DNA of 64,000 nucleotides from an uncultured Rhodospirillaceae bacterium (GTDB lineage: Bacteria; Pseudomonadota; Alphaproteobacteria; UBA9219), in the NCBI GenBank assembly GCA_964390005.1, contig CAYMGM010000003.1, forward strand, positions 14,271 through 78,270, in the 5' to 3' direction. A program made the translations under genes and the position numbers. This document shows, one piece after another, positions 37,627 through 46,958 of this stretch. The notes under the pieces are model-generated. The model made no database searches. It worked only from the letters and a program-made list of their open reading frames with translations, and had not been told where the DNA came from. Within the stretch, counting starts at the first letter, position 1. Each line of letters begins with the position of its first letter.

Positions 37627-38129
37627 TGCGGAAGGCATCGCTTCGTGCCCTCGGCGCTGCCGGGATCGGGCTTGCCTTGATCGGCTTTGGGGCCTTTATA
37701 GCCCCAGTCCCGTTACTGGTCTGGAACGCCTCGGCAAGCGTGCCGCTTGGCCTTTATCGGCTTGCCTTCGGCGCGCCGGAACGCGGGGATTTTGTGCTCG
37801 TCAGAATGCCGGAAAGCGCCGGAAGGCTGGCGGCGGAACGGGGCTATCTGCCCATTGGCATCCCTCTCGTCAAACACGTCGCGGGCTTTGTCGGAGACTC
37901 TGTTTGCGTCCGGAACGGGGCCGTCGCTATCGATGGAAAGACTGTCGCATACCAGCTTCAAGCAGATCATGCGGGACGTTCTTTGCCGCGTTGGGAGGGG
38001 TGCCGAAGGCTTGAGGCGGGTGAATATTTTCCGCTGGCGGACGCACCGGATTCCTTCGACAGCCGGTATTTTGGGCCCGTGACAAAAGCCGATCTGATCG
38101 GGAGGCTCGTGCCGCTATGGATCGAATGA
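37626..38129 (+). CDS. traF: Conjugative transfer signal peptidase TraF (S26 family)
   Basis: Signal/TM N-terminus and S26 peptidase core. The whole protein matches Ti-type TraF peptidase by my recognition. Confidence 0.8.
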   Translation: MRKASLRALGAAGIGLALIGFGAFIAPVPLLVWNASASVPLGLYRLAFGAPERGDFVLVRMPESAGRLAAERGYLPIGIPLVKHVAGFVGDSVCVRNGAVAIDGKTVAYQLQADHAGRSLPRWEGCRRLEAGEYFPLADAPDSFDSRYFGPVTKADLIGRLVPLWIE

Positions 38130-38746
38130 TCACCCTGCTTTTGCTTGCCGTCGTCCTGTCGACAGGGTCTGCCCATGCCGCAGATAATGCCCCTTGGCAA
38201 ACTTATGTTTCTGAGGCTGCCGAGCGGTTCGCGATCCCCAAAGATTGGGTTCAGGCCGTCATTGCAACCGAGAGCCATGGCGATGCCAAAGCCGTCTCAC
38301 CCAAAGGCGCAATGGGCCTGATGCAGCTCATGCCCGGTACATGGGAGGACCTGCGCGCCGCCCATGCGCTTGCACCTGATCCCTTCGACCCTCAGGCCAA
38401 CATCCTCGCCGGAACGGCTTATCTGAAAACCATGTACGACCGCTTCGGCTACCCGGATATGTTCGCGGCCTACAATACCGGACCGGCCCGTTTCGAAGAC
38501 CATCTCCGCACCAGCAAACCGCTTCCCGACGAAACCAGCGCCTATGCGGCGAGCATCGAAAAGGCGCTTTCCGGAGCGCCCTTTCTTGCGTCGAAAAGCG
38601 CACCGCCACCCTTGCAAATTGCTTCCGGCACAGGGTTGTTTTTTCGGCTTTCGACCGCCCAAAACGCCTCCAAGAGCGAGGCGGATTCCGTCCCGCCGAG
38701 TGATCTTTTCGTGCGGCTTTCTGCACAAAAGGAGGCGTCAAAATGA
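38117..38746 (+). CDS. Lytic transglycosylase (SLT domain)
   Basis: Signal peptide; 'ESHGDAKAVSPKGAMGLMQLMPGTW' catalytic Glu motif. Confidence 0.8.
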   Translation: MDRMITLLLLAVVLSTGSAHAADNAPWQTYVSEAAERFAIPKDWVQAVIATESHGDAKAVSPKGAMGLMQLMPGTWEDLRAAHALAPDPFDPQANILAGTAYLKTMYDRFGYPDMFAAYNTGPARFEDHLRTSKPLPDETSAYAASIEKALSGAPFLASKSAPPPLQIASGTGLFFRLSTAQNASKSEADSVPPSDLFVRLSAQKEASK

Positions 38747-38905
38747 CCCGGGATTCCGCCTCATTTTCAGCGCTCTCGGCCGCTTTTTCTGTCACCCCAT
38801 CCTTGTTGCCGCGCCTCGTGTTCCTCTCGCCATGGCCAAGGTGGGCGCAGGTGAGCGTGGGTAGTCGCAGGCCGGTTCAGGAAAGTCGCGTAAGGCAAGA
38901 TAAAA

Positions 38906-38923
38906 GAGGCCTCGGACCGAGGC
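38906..38923. promoter_or_regulatory. Inverted repeat upstream of relaxase gene (oriT candidate)
   Basis: gaggcctcgg-a-ccgaggc, flanked by aagag/ctctt. Confidence 0.3.
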
Positions 38924-39022
38924 TATCTCTTTGTCTGCACATCTTTTTTTCGGAGGCTTTGGACGCGGCAGAGATTTTCTTGGGCAAGTTTTTGATATTC
39001 CATTGTGATTTTGGAGGCTGTT

Positions 39023-40987
39023 ATGAGCGAGGAAGATTTTGAACCGAGGCTTGGTCGGCTGCGCTCGGGAGGATCGAAGGCAGGCAAACGCTACAGCCAC
39101 CAGGTGCTTGCCGCCGTCAATCGCGCGGGCGGGCGGGCGGTTCGCAAGGGTGGTTTTACTGGCAAGTTCGGACGCGGCGGTGCCATGGGCGCGCTGCTTG
39201 TCAATCGGGATCGTTTTGCGGCGTTCAGGCAGCGTCGTGTGATCGTCAAGGCGCGTATCGTGAAGCTGGCCGGAAAGGGTCTGGACGGGGCGAAAGCCCA
39301 CATGCGTTATCTTCAGCGCGACGGCGTGACCCGCGAGGGCGAAAGGGGCCTGCTTTACACCACCGAAAAAGACTGCGCGGACGGCAAGGCCTTCGTTGAA
39401 CGAGCGAAGGATGACCGGCATCAGTTCCGCTTCATCGTCGCACCGGAAGATGGGCTCGATTACGACGATCTGAAGCCGTTGATCCGCCGTTTGATGATGC
39501 AGATGGAGGAGGATCTCGACAAGTCTCTCGACTGGGTGGCTGTCGATCATTTCAACACCGGGCACCCACATGCCCATATCCTTGTTCGCGGCAAAGACGA
39601 TACGGGGCGCGATCTCGTCATCGCTCCGACCTATATCAGCACCGGCATTCGAGAACGCGCCGCCGAGTTGGTCAGCCTCGATCTAGGTCCCCGCACCGAC
39701 AACGAGATCGAAACTAGATTGAGAGGAGAAGTGGACGCGGAAAGCCTCACAAGCCTCGACAGACATCTTTTGCGCCTGAAGAGCGACGACGGCATGGTAA
39801 AAGCCTTCAGCAAGGATCCTTTCCGCCAAACTCTGCTCATGGGCCGCCTCAAGCATCTGGAGCGCCTCGGCCTTGCCGAAGAAGAACGTTCCGGCTGGAG
39901 GCTTGCGGACGGTTTGGAAGACACGCTGCGCCGCATGGGCGAGCGAGGCGACATCATCAAGACCATGCATCGCGAGATGACGTCCCAAAACATCGCCCAC
40001 AGTCCCGCCGATTACGCGATTTACAATCCCACAGATCTGAACACAAAACCTGTTACTGGCCGCGTCGTGGCGCGTGGCTTGTTGGACGAGCTTAACGACC
40101 GCCACTACCTGATCGTCGATGGTGCGGACGGGTGCGCCCATTACATCGATATTGGCCGTGACGCGGCAACCGAGCCGACCCCGCGCGGCAGCATCGTGCA
40201 CGTGTCGCCAAAAAGCGTGGAGCCAAGGCAGGTGGATCGCACCGTTGCCGAGATCGCGGCGGCGAACGGTGGGCGCTATACAAGAGACCTGCATATGAGG
40301 CACGATCCCCGTGCCACCGAGGCGTTTGTCGAGACCCACATCCGGCGACTGGAAGCGATCCGCCGTGTGACCGGCGGCGTGACCCGTGAGCCGGACGGAA
40401 CATGGACCATCGCCCCGGATCACCTCGACCGCGCCGCCGCCTACGAGCAGGCTCAGGCCAAGACCGCGTCTGTCATCGTGGACAGGCTCTCGAAACTCAC
40501 GCTCGATCAGCAGGTCGGGACAGACGGCGCCACCTGGCTTGATCGCGAGCTTGTCTCCGGCCATCCTGAACAGACGCGCGATTCAGGTTTCGGCCATGAA
40601 TTTCGCGAAGCCACGCAACGCCGCCGACAATGGCTCATCGAACAAGGTCTGGCGCAGGAAACACCCGAACGCATGGTCTATCGTTCCGACATGCTGGCGA
40701 TCCTCCAAAAACGCGAGCTAACCCGCATCGCCGGGCAGCTCTCTGACCAACTCGGCCTTGCTTATGTCGAAACCCGCCCCGGCGACCGCGTGGAAGGTCG
40801 CCTGAGCCGCGCTATTGAACTGGCCAGCGGCAAGGCCGTCGTTATCGAGAAAAGCAAGGAATTTACCCTCGTTCCGTGGCGGCCTGTCCTTGATCGGCAT
40901 ATCGGAAAACAGGTCTCAGGGATCATGCGTAGCGATGGCGGGATCTCGTGGACGATAGGGAAACAGAAGGGAATGGGCGTCGAGTAA
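39023..40987 (+). CDS. Conjugative relaxase (MobA/VirD2-like relaxase domain with DUF3363-type C-terminal region)
   Basis: 654 aa; 3-His motif 'HFNTGHPHAHILV'; GGAGG RBS 5 nt upstream of ATG 39023. Confidence 0.85.
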   Translation: MSEEDFEPRLGRLRSGGSKAGKRYSHQVLAAVNRAGGRAVRKGGFTGKFGRGGAMGALLVNRDRFAAFRQRRVIVKARIVKLAGKGLDGAKAHMRYLQRDGVTREGERGLLYTTEKDCADGKAFVERAKDDRHQFRFIVAPEDGLDYDDLKPLIRRLMMQMEEDLDKSLDWVAVDHFNTGHPHAHILVRGKDDTGRDLVIAPTYISTGIRERAAELVSLDLGPRTDNEIETRLRGEVDAESLTSLDRHLLRLKSDDGMVKAFSKDPFRQTLLMGRLKHLERLGLAEEERSGWRLADGLEDTLRRMGERGDIIKTMHREMTSQNIAHSPADYAIYNPTDLNTKPVTGRVVARGLLDELNDRHYLIVDGADGCAHYIDIGRDAATEPTPRGSIVHVSPKSVEPRQVDRTVAEIAAANGGRYTRDLHMRHDPRATEAFVETHIRRLEAIRRVTGGVTREPDGTWTIAPDHLDRAAAYEQAQAKTASVIVDRLSKLTLDQQVGTDGATWLDRELVSGHPEQTRDSGFGHEFREATQRRRQWLIEQGLAQETPERMVYRSDMLAILQKRELTRIAGQLSDQLGLAYVETRPGDRVEGRLSRAIELASGKAVVIEKSKEFTLVPWRPVLDRHIGKQVSGIMRSDGGISWTIGKQKGMGVE

Positions 40988-41074
40988 TTCGAACAGGGAT
41001 CCGTGAGGATGGATGATCGCACATAAAGGCTATAACCAATTTATCGCCCCTGCAGGACAATCGTTCCGTGTATT

Positions 41075-43138
41075 TTGATGTGTAGAATGAGGCCCATGAC
41101 CCCAACCAAACTCCTGATCGGCCAGATTATCATCGTCTTCGCCATCGTCGTCCTCGGTGTATGGACGTCCACGCAATGGTGTGCGGAGATGCTTGGTTAT
41201 CAAGCGCAGCTTGGCACACCGTGGGGTGTTCTGTTCGGCTGGCCGTGTTACGCACCGTGGAAGCTATTCGATTGGTGGTACCACTACGAGGCCTATGCGC
41301 CTCATGTATTCGACAAGGCTGGGATGCTCGCGGGGGCGAGCGGCTTTATGGGTTGTGCGGCGGCGATTATAGGATCGCTATGGCGGGCGCGGCAGAGCCG
41401 GTTGGTTACGACCTATGGCTCATCGCGCTGGGCAACGGCCATTGAAGTCAAACGGGCCGGGTTATTCCATCCGTCCGGCGTGTTCCTTGGCCGGTTTGGC
41501 GCCGACTATCTCCGCCATAACGGTCCCGAACACGTTATGGCCTTCGCGCCGACCCGTTCAGGCAAGGGTGTCGGGCTTGTTGTGCCGACGCTTTTGTCGT
41601 GGACCGGCTCTGCCGTCATTCACGACATCAAGGGCGAGAACTGGCTTCTGACGGCGGGCTGGCGTTCGACCTTCTCGCATACGCTTTTGTTCAACCCGAC
41701 CGATCCGCGTTCGGCGCGTTACAATCCGCTCCTGGAAGTGCGCAAAGGGCCGGACGAAGTGCGTGACGTGCAAAACATCGCCGATATTCTGGTAGATCCG
41801 GAAGGCGCTCTCGAAAAGCGCAACCATTGGGAAAAGACGAGCCATAGTTTGCTTGTCGGGGCCATCTTGCATGTGCTTTATGCCGAAGAGGAAAAAACGC
41901 TCGCTCGCGTCGCGACATTTCTGTCCGACCCGCAGCGGTCCTTCGCCCATACGTTGCGCCGGATGATGTCCACCAACCATCTCGGTACGCCGGAGAACCC
42001 AAAGGTTCACCCCGTCGTGGCCTCGGCGGCGCGGGAGGTTCTGAACAAGTCGGAAAACGAACGCTCCGGCGTTCTCTCCACAGCCATGTCGTTTCTTGGC
42101 CTCTATCGCGACCCGACCGTGGCGATGACAACCTCGGCCTGTGACTGGCGGATTGCCGACCTGATGGATGCCGAACACCCGGTTTCGCTTTACCTCGTCA
42201 TCCCGCCGTCTGATATCTCGCGCACGAAACCGCTGGTGCGTCTTGTTTTGAACCAAATCGGGCGTCGGCTCACGGAACGGCTGGAAGGCGACCCGAAGAA
42301 AAGCCGCAAGCATCAATTGCTGATGATGTTGGACGAGTTTCCCGCGCTTGGGCGATTGGATTTCTTCGAGACGGCACTCGCTTTCATGGCCGGTTATGGC
42401 ATCCGCGCATATTTGATCGCCCAAAGCCTCAACCAAATTTCCAAAGCCTACGGCGAAAACAACGCTATCCTCGACAATTGCCATGTTCGCATCGCGTTTT
42501 CGTCCAACGATGAGCGGACAGCCAAACGCATTTCTGACGCGCTGGGTACAGCAACGGAGCTACGCGCACAACGCAATTATGCAGGACATCGTCTTGCCCC
42601 TTGGCTTTCCCATGTCATGGTTTCGCGTCAGGAAACAGCCCGTCCGTTGTTGACGCCCGGCGAGGTGATGCAATTGCCGCCTTCGGACGAGCTTGTTCTC
42701 GTCTCAGGCCTCCTTCCGATCCGGGCGAAGAAGCTTCGCTATTACAAGGACAGGAACTTCACAGACCGCGTACTGTCTGCCCCCGAACTTTCCGAAGGCG
42801 TTTATGCCGATAAGCCCACCTCGCGTCCTGACGACTGGAGCGGGCAGGTGCGTGGCATTGATGATCGCCTGATTATTGCTGCGGACGAAAACGGAGATGC
42901 CAACGTCTTTTTCGATGAAGGTGGCCCCCAGCAGCAACGCCATCCTGGGTTGCCAGAAGACCTAGGCGCGAAAGTGCCTGAGCCTGACCAAGGCAACTCG
43001 TTCAAAAACGCCGACGACGACCAAGACAGCATCGCCGACAAACAGGTCATGGATAAGCTTTCCGTCGCAACGCGCGTATATGGCCTTGATGAAGGCGTTG
43101 GACCCGACAAGGAGGAAGACTTGTTGCCAGGGTTCTGA
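41075..43138 (+). CDS. traG: Type IV coupling protein TraG/VirD4
   Basis: 687 aa; N-terminal TM helices, Walker A 'PTRSGKGVGLVVPT', Walker B 'LLMMLDEF'. Confidence 0.9.
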   Translation: MMCRMRPMTPTKLLIGQIIIVFAIVVLGVWTSTQWCAEMLGYQAQLGTPWGVLFGWPCYAPWKLFDWWYHYEAYAPHVFDKAGMLAGASGFMGCAAAIIGSLWRARQSRLVTTYGSSRWATAIEVKRAGLFHPSGVFLGRFGADYLRHNGPEHVMAFAPTRSGKGVGLVVPTLLSWTGSAVIHDIKGENWLLTAGWRSTFSHTLLFNPTDPRSARYNPLLEVRKGPDEVRDVQNIADILVDPEGALEKRNHWEKTSHSLLVGAILHVLYAEEEKTLARVATFLSDPQRSFAHTLRRMMSTNHLGTPENPKVHPVVASAAREVLNKSENERSGVLSTAMSFLGLYRDPTVAMTTSACDWRIADLMDAEHPVSLYLVIPPSDISRTKPLVRLVLNQIGRRLTERLEGDPKKSRKHQLLMMLDEFPALGRLDFFETALAFMAGYGIRAYLIAQSLNQISKAYGENNAILDNCHVRIAFSSNDERTAKRISDALGTATELRAQRNYAGHRLAPWLSHVMVSRQETARPLLTPGEVMQLPPSDELVLVSGLLPIRAKKLRYYKDRNFTDRVLSAPELSEGVYADKPTSRPDDWSGQVRGIDDRLIIAADENGDANVFFDEGGPQQQRHPGLPEDLGAKVPEPDQGNSFKNADDDQDSIADKQVMDKLSVATRVYGLDEGVGPDKEEDLLPGF

Positions 43139-43196
43139 ACTCATGAGAACCACAAAAAATGCTCGCTTTTTGATAAGCGGAAAAATGCCGTGATAT

Positions 43197-44285
43197 CTAC
43201 TGGTTGGGGAAGAAGTGATTTCTTACACGTCTACGAGAAACGGGCAAACATGGACGCATCTCGATGGTGATATTAGGGGTATCCGGTAAAGATATCCTTT
43301 TGCCGTCTTCGAGAAGTTCGCGCATATTTTTGTTTGTGATAGGATCAAAGGGGCCGCTTTGTCCTTTCAGTAAAGGGATGACCTTTTCAAAAGAGGGGGC
43401 CTCGATACCCTTTTTTTGATCTTTCTGCTGACCGTGGCTGAACGGTACAGCCGTTTGAGGTAAATGAGACGACTGCGTTTCTGTGGTCGTTGATGATGGG
43501 CTTTCCTTTGCTGTTCTCGAAAGTGCTTTTTGCTGTTCTTCGGACGCCTTTTTCCTTTCGAAAGGAAAAACAAGGCCAAAACGAGCAGCGAGGCCTATAA
43601 GGCCGATAAGTAGGCCTGTGGATCCCATTGTGACAGAAACTTTGAAGTATCTAATCGCACGCTGTTTTGCTTTTTCAAGTTTGCTGTTTGCGCTTTTGGT
43701 TTCTTGATGCGCCTCATCGAGTCTTCTTTCCATGTTCTCGAGCTGCTGTTGCATCGACTCTCGATATTTAGAAAAAGCTTCTGTGGTTTTCTTCGTTTCT
43801 TTCCGCGAGGCTTTAAGTTCCGCTCTAAGCTTTAATGTTTGCTTCTCTCCATCCAGAAGCATTTTCTTCAAAATGCCTTGTTCGCCCAAGGATGATGTTG
43901 TTTTCGTTTCGATGATTTTAACGAGCGCGTGGATTTCGTTTAGGACGGTTGCACGAAATTCTTTCTCTATTTCCGTGCGAGCAGCAGTCTTAGCTTTTTC
44001 GATAGCGTCTGAAACTAAGGCTTTACGGTCTGCTTCGTCTACTTGCTGGAGATCGGCGCGAACTTTGTCGATAAAATCGCAAATGGCCTTGTCGTTTTGA
44101 AGATCGACCTTGGCCTTTTTGAAGGAAGCAGGGCTTTTTTCTGCAAGAGAGAGGAAAAGGGCCAGCGCATACGCTGCATCAGGATCATTTATTTTATCGC
44201 CTTGCCGAAATTTCCGTACGGCATCACTTAAAAAGTGATCAGATAAAATAGATTTGGCCATGAAAACTCTCTTGTTAAAATACAA
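43197..44285 (-). CDS. AT-rich coiled-coil / TM protein; paralog of 34402-35190
   Basis: 362 aa; shared 'RAIRYFKVSVTMGSTGLLIGLIGLA' motif. Confidence 0.55.
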   Translation of the reverse strand: MYFNKRVFMAKSILSDHFLSDAVRKFRQGDKINDPDAAYALALFLSLAEKSPASFKKAKVDLQNDKAICDFIDKVRADLQQVDEADRKALVSDAIEKAKTAARTEIEKEFRATVLNEIHALVKIIETKTTSSLGEQGILKKMLLDGEKQTLKLRAELKASRKETKKTTEAFSKYRESMQQQLENMERRLDEAHQETKSANSKLEKAKQRAIRYFKVSVTMGSTGLLIGLIGLAARFGLVFPFERKKASEEQQKALSRTAKESPSSTTTETQSSHLPQTAVPFSHGQQKDQKKGIEAPSFEKVIPLLKGQSGPFDPITNKNMRELLEDGKRISLPDTPNITIEMRPCLPVSRRRVRNHFFPNQ

Positions 44286-44364
44286 GAAGATATTAACCGG
44301 CGTTAGTTAGGGGATCTTTAATTTTTGAGAGGGGAGATAAAAAAATCAATCCAGCAATAATGGA

Positions 44365-44694
44365 TTAAGGCTGGGCGGCTTCCGTGCATGAGCCTCGAAC
44401 CTGATTTTGAAATAACTCCAACCGACGGTCCCGTCTGGTTGGCAGGGCCGCAGCTTGGTCTTCAATGACTTTGGCTACGGTTGAATCAATGCAACCGCCG
44501 ACTTTGTCCATGAATCGTCCCGTTGCTTGCTCTGCATAAAGGCGAGCAATTTCCTTGTCATCGCCAAGCTGACCGCCAAGCAACTGTTCGCTCGTGCTTT
44601 TGCCTGCATTTGGCTTTATGGCGTTGTTCTTCGGCATAACGACGGCTCCGTTCGGGACTTGTCCTTGTCCAATAATATTACCGAACGTTAGCAT
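44365..44694 (-). CDS. Small hypothetical protein (module partner)
   Basis: 109 aa. Confidence 0.4.
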   Translation of the reverse strand: MLTFGNIIGQGQVPNGAVVMPKNNAIKPNAGKSTSEQLLGGQLGDDKEIARLYAEQATGRFMDKVGGCIDSTVAKVIEDQAAALPTRRDRRLELFQNQVRGSCTEAAQP

Positions 44695-44744
44695 TTTATA
44701 GCCGCCTTTGCAAAATTATTAACCTATTTCACCATGTTCCCATG

Positions 44745-45008
44745 TTAGCTGCAGGTCATTGATAACTCATTAATAATTTGTCTATAAGGGGGCGCAAAAT
44801 GCAAAAGCTGGATCGAGGAAAGTATTTTAAGGCCCTTTAGGGCCCACTCAACGGCATTTGACGTTTTCAGTTCTCCCAAGTGATAGGGAGCAACTTTGAA
44901 TTCCGCATTCCATCGCGCGTGATCGTACATAAGGGCCATAAGAGGATTCCGGCATTTAGCGGATGATCGTTCCGACAAGGAGCGATCAGATGCAAGCCAA
45001 GAAGACAC
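44745..45008 (-). CDS. Hypothetical small protein (possibly frameshifted; alternative frame 44867-45067)
   Basis: Two overlapping small ORFs in different frames. Confidence 0.25.
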   Translation of the reverse strand: MSSWLASDRSLSERSSAKCRNPLMALMYDHARWNAEFKVAPYHLGELKTSNAVEWALKGLKILSSIQLLHFAPPYRQIINELSMTCS

Positions 45009-45406
45009 GACACCAGTTCCTGCTTGAAGCGGGCCTCAGCGAGAAACTCGAGAGGCTTTGCCGCCATCCGGGGACGAAGAAATCAGACCTCGTCGCCAAG
45101 GCCGTTACGGCCTTTCTCGAACGGCGCGGCGAGAGCGAGCTGGATCAGCGCTATGCCAAACGGCTTGATCGGCTTTCACGCGATATCGCGCATGTGCGCC
45201 GCGACGTTGAGACGGCGCTTGAAAGCCTCGCGCTTTTTATCCGCTTCGTCATCACGCTGAACGCCCACACGCCCGTGCCGGACAAGGCGACGCAGGCGGT
45301 GGCCAACGAACGCTTTCTCAAATTCATCGATCAGGTCGGTCGCCAGATCGCGGGCGGCAGATCCTCCTTCGGTTCCAAAGACGAGAACAAGGAGGCGCAA
45401 GCATGA
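44990..45406 (+). CDS. CopG/ribbon-helix-helix regulator preceding trb operon
   Basis: 'KKTRHQFLLEAGLSEKLERL...SDLVAKAVTAFLERR' RHH; stop overlaps trbB start. Confidence 0.65.
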   Translation: MQAKKTRHQFLLEAGLSEKLERLCRHPGTKKSDLVAKAVTAFLERRGESELDQRYAKRLDRLSRDIAHVRRDVETALESLALFIRFVITLNAHTPVPDKATQAVANERFLKFIDQVGRQIAGGRSSFGSKDENKEAQA

Positions 45407-46368
45407 TCAATGAGACCGCCGACCAACGCCGCCGCGCCATGTTGCGCACCGCCATGGGGCCCGTGATTGCCCATGCGCTGGCCGATCCGGACGTGATCGA
45501 AGTGATGGCCAATCCGGACGGCAGCCTCTGGATCGACCGGCTTGGCAAAGGACGCGGGCCTGCCGAAGGCCAGATCCATGTGTCCGAGGTCGAGCGCATC
45601 ATCCGGCTTGTGGCGAGCCATGTTCGTGCCGAGGTGCATGAGAACAATCCCATTGTTAGCGCCGAACTTCCTTCCGGCGAACGGTTTGAAGGCATCTTGC
45701 CGCCGGTGGCACCAGGGCCGTGTTTTGCGATCCGCAAACCCGCCGCCAAGATTTACACCCTGTCCGATTACGTCCGCGACCAGATCATGGTGCCCCTTCA
45801 AGCCGAAGCGTTGCGCAAGGCCGTGTGGGACCGCCGCAACATCCTCGTCGCGGGAGGCACGTCGTCGGGCAAGACGACGCTCGCCAATGCGCTTCTGGCA
45901 GAAATCGCGGACAGCGACGAACGGGTGATCCTGATCGAGGACACGCGCGAGCTACAATGCGCCGCTAAGGATTGCGTGCCGCTGCGCACACGGCCCGGAA
46001 TTGTAACGCTGGCCGACCTTGTGCGTTCGACGCTCCGCTTGCGTCCCGACCGGATCATCGTCGGCGAGGTACGTGGGGGCGAGGCGCTCGACATGCTCAA
46101 GGCCTGGAACACGGGCCATCCCGGCGGCATCGCGACGGTGCATGCCAATTCCGCTTCGGCGGCACTCTATCGGATCGAGCAGCTTGTACAGGAATGCGTG
46201 GCGCTCGCCCCCAAGCGATTGATCGCGCAGGCCATCGATCTTGTCGTTTTCATCTCCGGGCGTGGTCCGGCCCGCCGTGTCGAGACCATCGCCGAAGTCG
46301 GCGGCCTCGATGCGAACGGCGATTACGCCGTCAAGACCCTGTCTCTCCCGCAATTGCAGCAATTTTGA
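45403..46368 (+). CDS. trbB: TrbB (VirB11-family ATPase)
   Basis: Walker A 'GGTSSGKTT', 'RPDRIIVGEVRG'. Confidence 0.9.
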   Translation: MINETADQRRRAMLRTAMGPVIAHALADPDVIEVMANPDGSLWIDRLGKGRGPAEGQIHVSEVERIIRLVASHVRAEVHENNPIVSAELPSGERFEGILPPVAPGPCFAIRKPAAKIYTLSDYVRDQIMVPLQAEALRKAVWDRRNILVAGGTSSGKTTLANALLAEIADSDERVILIEDTRELQCAAKDCVPLRTRPGIVTLADLVRSTLRLRPDRIIVGEVRGGEALDMLKAWNTGHPGGIATVHANSASAALYRIEQLVQECVALAPKRLIAQAIDLVVFISGRGPARRVETIAEVGGLDANGDYAVKTLSLPQLQQF

Positions 46369-46380
46369 AAGGACATTTCC

Positions 46381-46689
46381 ATGCGCAAAAGACTTTCGCT
46401 CCTGTTTTCTCCCTTGCTGGCGCTTTTGGCGGCAACGCCTGCCTATGCGGCCGGGTCAGGGATGCCGTGGGAGGCTCCCTTGCAGCAGATTCTCGATTCC
46501 GTGCAGGGCCCCGTCGCCAAGATCGTCGCGGTCATCATCATTATCGTGACAGGCCTGTCTTTGGCCTTCGGCGAGACGAGCGGCGGTTTCCGACGGCTGA
46601 TCCAGATCGTTTTCGGTCTGTCGATCGCCTTTGCGGCCAGCTCGTTCTTCCTTTCCTTCTTCTCTTTCGGCGGTGGAGCGCTCGTTTGA
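46381..46689 (+). CDS. trbC: TrbC (VirB2-like pilin)
   Basis: Signal peptide, two hydrophobic helices. Confidence 0.85.
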   Translation: MRKRLSLLFSPLLALLAATPAYAAGSGMPWEAPLQQILDSVQGPVAKIVAVIIIIVTGLSLAFGETSGGFRRLIQIVFGLSIAFAASSFFLSFFSFGGGALV

Positions 46690-46958
46690 TGAACGCATCT
46701 CCTCATCTCGAGGGATTTGAAATCCCCGTTCATCGCGCGCTGACCGAGCCTCTTCTGCTCGGCGGCGCACCCCGCGCCGTCGCCATCCTGAACGGCACGT
46801 TGGCCGCCGCCATCGGTTTGGGCCTCCAGCAATGGATCGCAGGACTTGGCCTGTTCGTCGCGGGGCAGACGCTCGCAGTCTTCGCCGCCAAGCGCGACCC
46901 GGACTTTCTGGCGGTTCTGGTCCGTCATCTGCGGCAACGGGGGTGGCTCGGATGTTGA
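46689..46958 (+). CDS. trbD: TrbD (VirB3-like)
   Basis: 89 aa from MNASPHLEGFEIPVHRAL; overlaps trbC stop. Confidence 0.8.
   Translation: MNASPHLEGFEIPVHRALTEPLLLGGAPRAVAILNGTLAAAIGLGLQQWIAGLGLFVAGQTLAVFAAKRDPDFLAVLVRHLRQRGWLGC

Noticed and set aside
45972-46958. Long N-terminal extensions in the ORF track (e.g. TrbD 45972, TrbE 46832, ParB-like 24847, MTase-helicase 27756, DUF4238 12809, WYL 13624)
   Set aside because: Extensions overlap upstream genes in another frame. Internal ATG starts give overlap/coupling patterns and conserved N-termini (e.g. MATSTKHHFVPQFYL, MRFEKAEDLL, MNNPETISL)
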